NCBI RefSeq assembly: GCF_002113885.1
Contig: NW_018408922.1
Span: 1,175,144-1,239,143, forward strand
Direction: 5' to 3'
Source: Mizuhopecten yessoensis
Lineage: Eukaryota
Length of the DNA: 64,000 nt
In this document: positions 63,282 to 64,000 of the stretch, piece after piece
How positions within the stretch are numbered: position 1 is the first letter of the stretch
How the letters are laid out: every line of letters starts with the position of its first letter
The notes under the pieces: model-generated
Told to the model about the DNA's origin: nothing
What the model saw: only the letters and a program-made list of their open reading frames with translations
Database searches by the model: none
Program-made: the position numbers and the translations under genes

Positions 63282-63422
63282 CTACCACGGTACCCAGTGG
63301 CGCCCTCTGAGTTTCGGAACTAATGGCGACTGGAACCTACAAACCATAGTAGACCTTCACTCGCGGAGTGATATTGGCCGACCTAACAGTAGCCCAATCA
63401 CCTCCAACAAACCACTGTTCGA
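63282..63422 (+). CDS. Coding exon 3 of HFRGG-family protein (gene continues beyond this exon)
   Basis: Acceptor TCTTACAG|, phase-2 compatible. Reads SYHGTQWRPLSFGTNGDWNLQTIVDLHSRSDIGRPNSSPITSNKPLF. Donor GTGAGT at 63423. Confidence 0.9.
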
Positions 63423-64000
63423 GTGAGTATAGTGACACGTTGTAAGGCTGTCTCAAAATAATACCGAGGGTCATCACATATCATTTAAACTATTGTATAT
63501 ATTAGATGTACATAGTTTAGCGGTATTCCAAATTTAAAGCTTTTTGCGCTATAACTATTGCGCAAAATAATGACTGCAATCATTGACGTTTCTGTATATA
63601 ATTTTCTGTTTGTACGCAGCGTGAGTGCGAAAATTTATCAAAGTGGTAATCTTTGAAAAATCCATAATACGTTAAAATCTTAGTCCGCTAAAATATCTAT
63701 TTTTTCAGTATTTCAACACGTTATAACTAAATTAGATGCGGATAAGCTACTGTCAATACTTGTTTGTAATATGTTTGGACAATATTAAGAGTATATTCCA
63801 TTTTTGTGGAGTTGAACCCATGTCTGCCAGTGCACAAGGGTTCTAATCACCTTAGTTCGAATCTAAAACTGAACGTCACATGAATTATATTCGAAAAACA
63901 ACAAGAACATTAGGAAAAAAAGCAACGGAATTAGAATTGTTTCCTTGAAGCAGGCGAATAAAACATAATATCATCAATAATTGATGTAATTTCATTAATC

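Overview
AT-rich animal genomic DNA, most likely from a bivalve mollusc. The evidence is V-domain and Meta-domain tRNA-SINEs, Helentron/HINE satellite-like elements, CR1 LINEs, Crypton-like hairpin elements and spliceosomal introns. There are no bacterial features, rRNA genes, intact tRNA genes or CRISPR arrays. Five host genes are supportable. (1) An intronless 545-aa type II membrane alpha/beta-hydrolase (3339-4976) that resembles a family I recall mainly from oomycetes and other protists. (2-4) Three intronless-CDS genes for basic, largely disordered proteins (16618-18402 +, 29035-30153 +, 44988-45644 -). Two of these share a gapless 45-aa coiled-coil motif, the third ends in a WW..LK.CNYIR motif, and both motifs recall CCDC190. 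Together they look like an undescribed cluster, possibly ciliary or sperm-related. (5) The first three coding exons of a secreted HFRGG ('integrin beta-like'/Sib-like) protein (60386 to >63422). The rest of the window is decayed transposable elements (CR1 LINEs, a PIF/Harbinger-clan DDE transposase, Crypton relics, MITEs, SINEs, HINEs) and tandem repeats. Family assignments come from motif recognition and recall, not from database searches.
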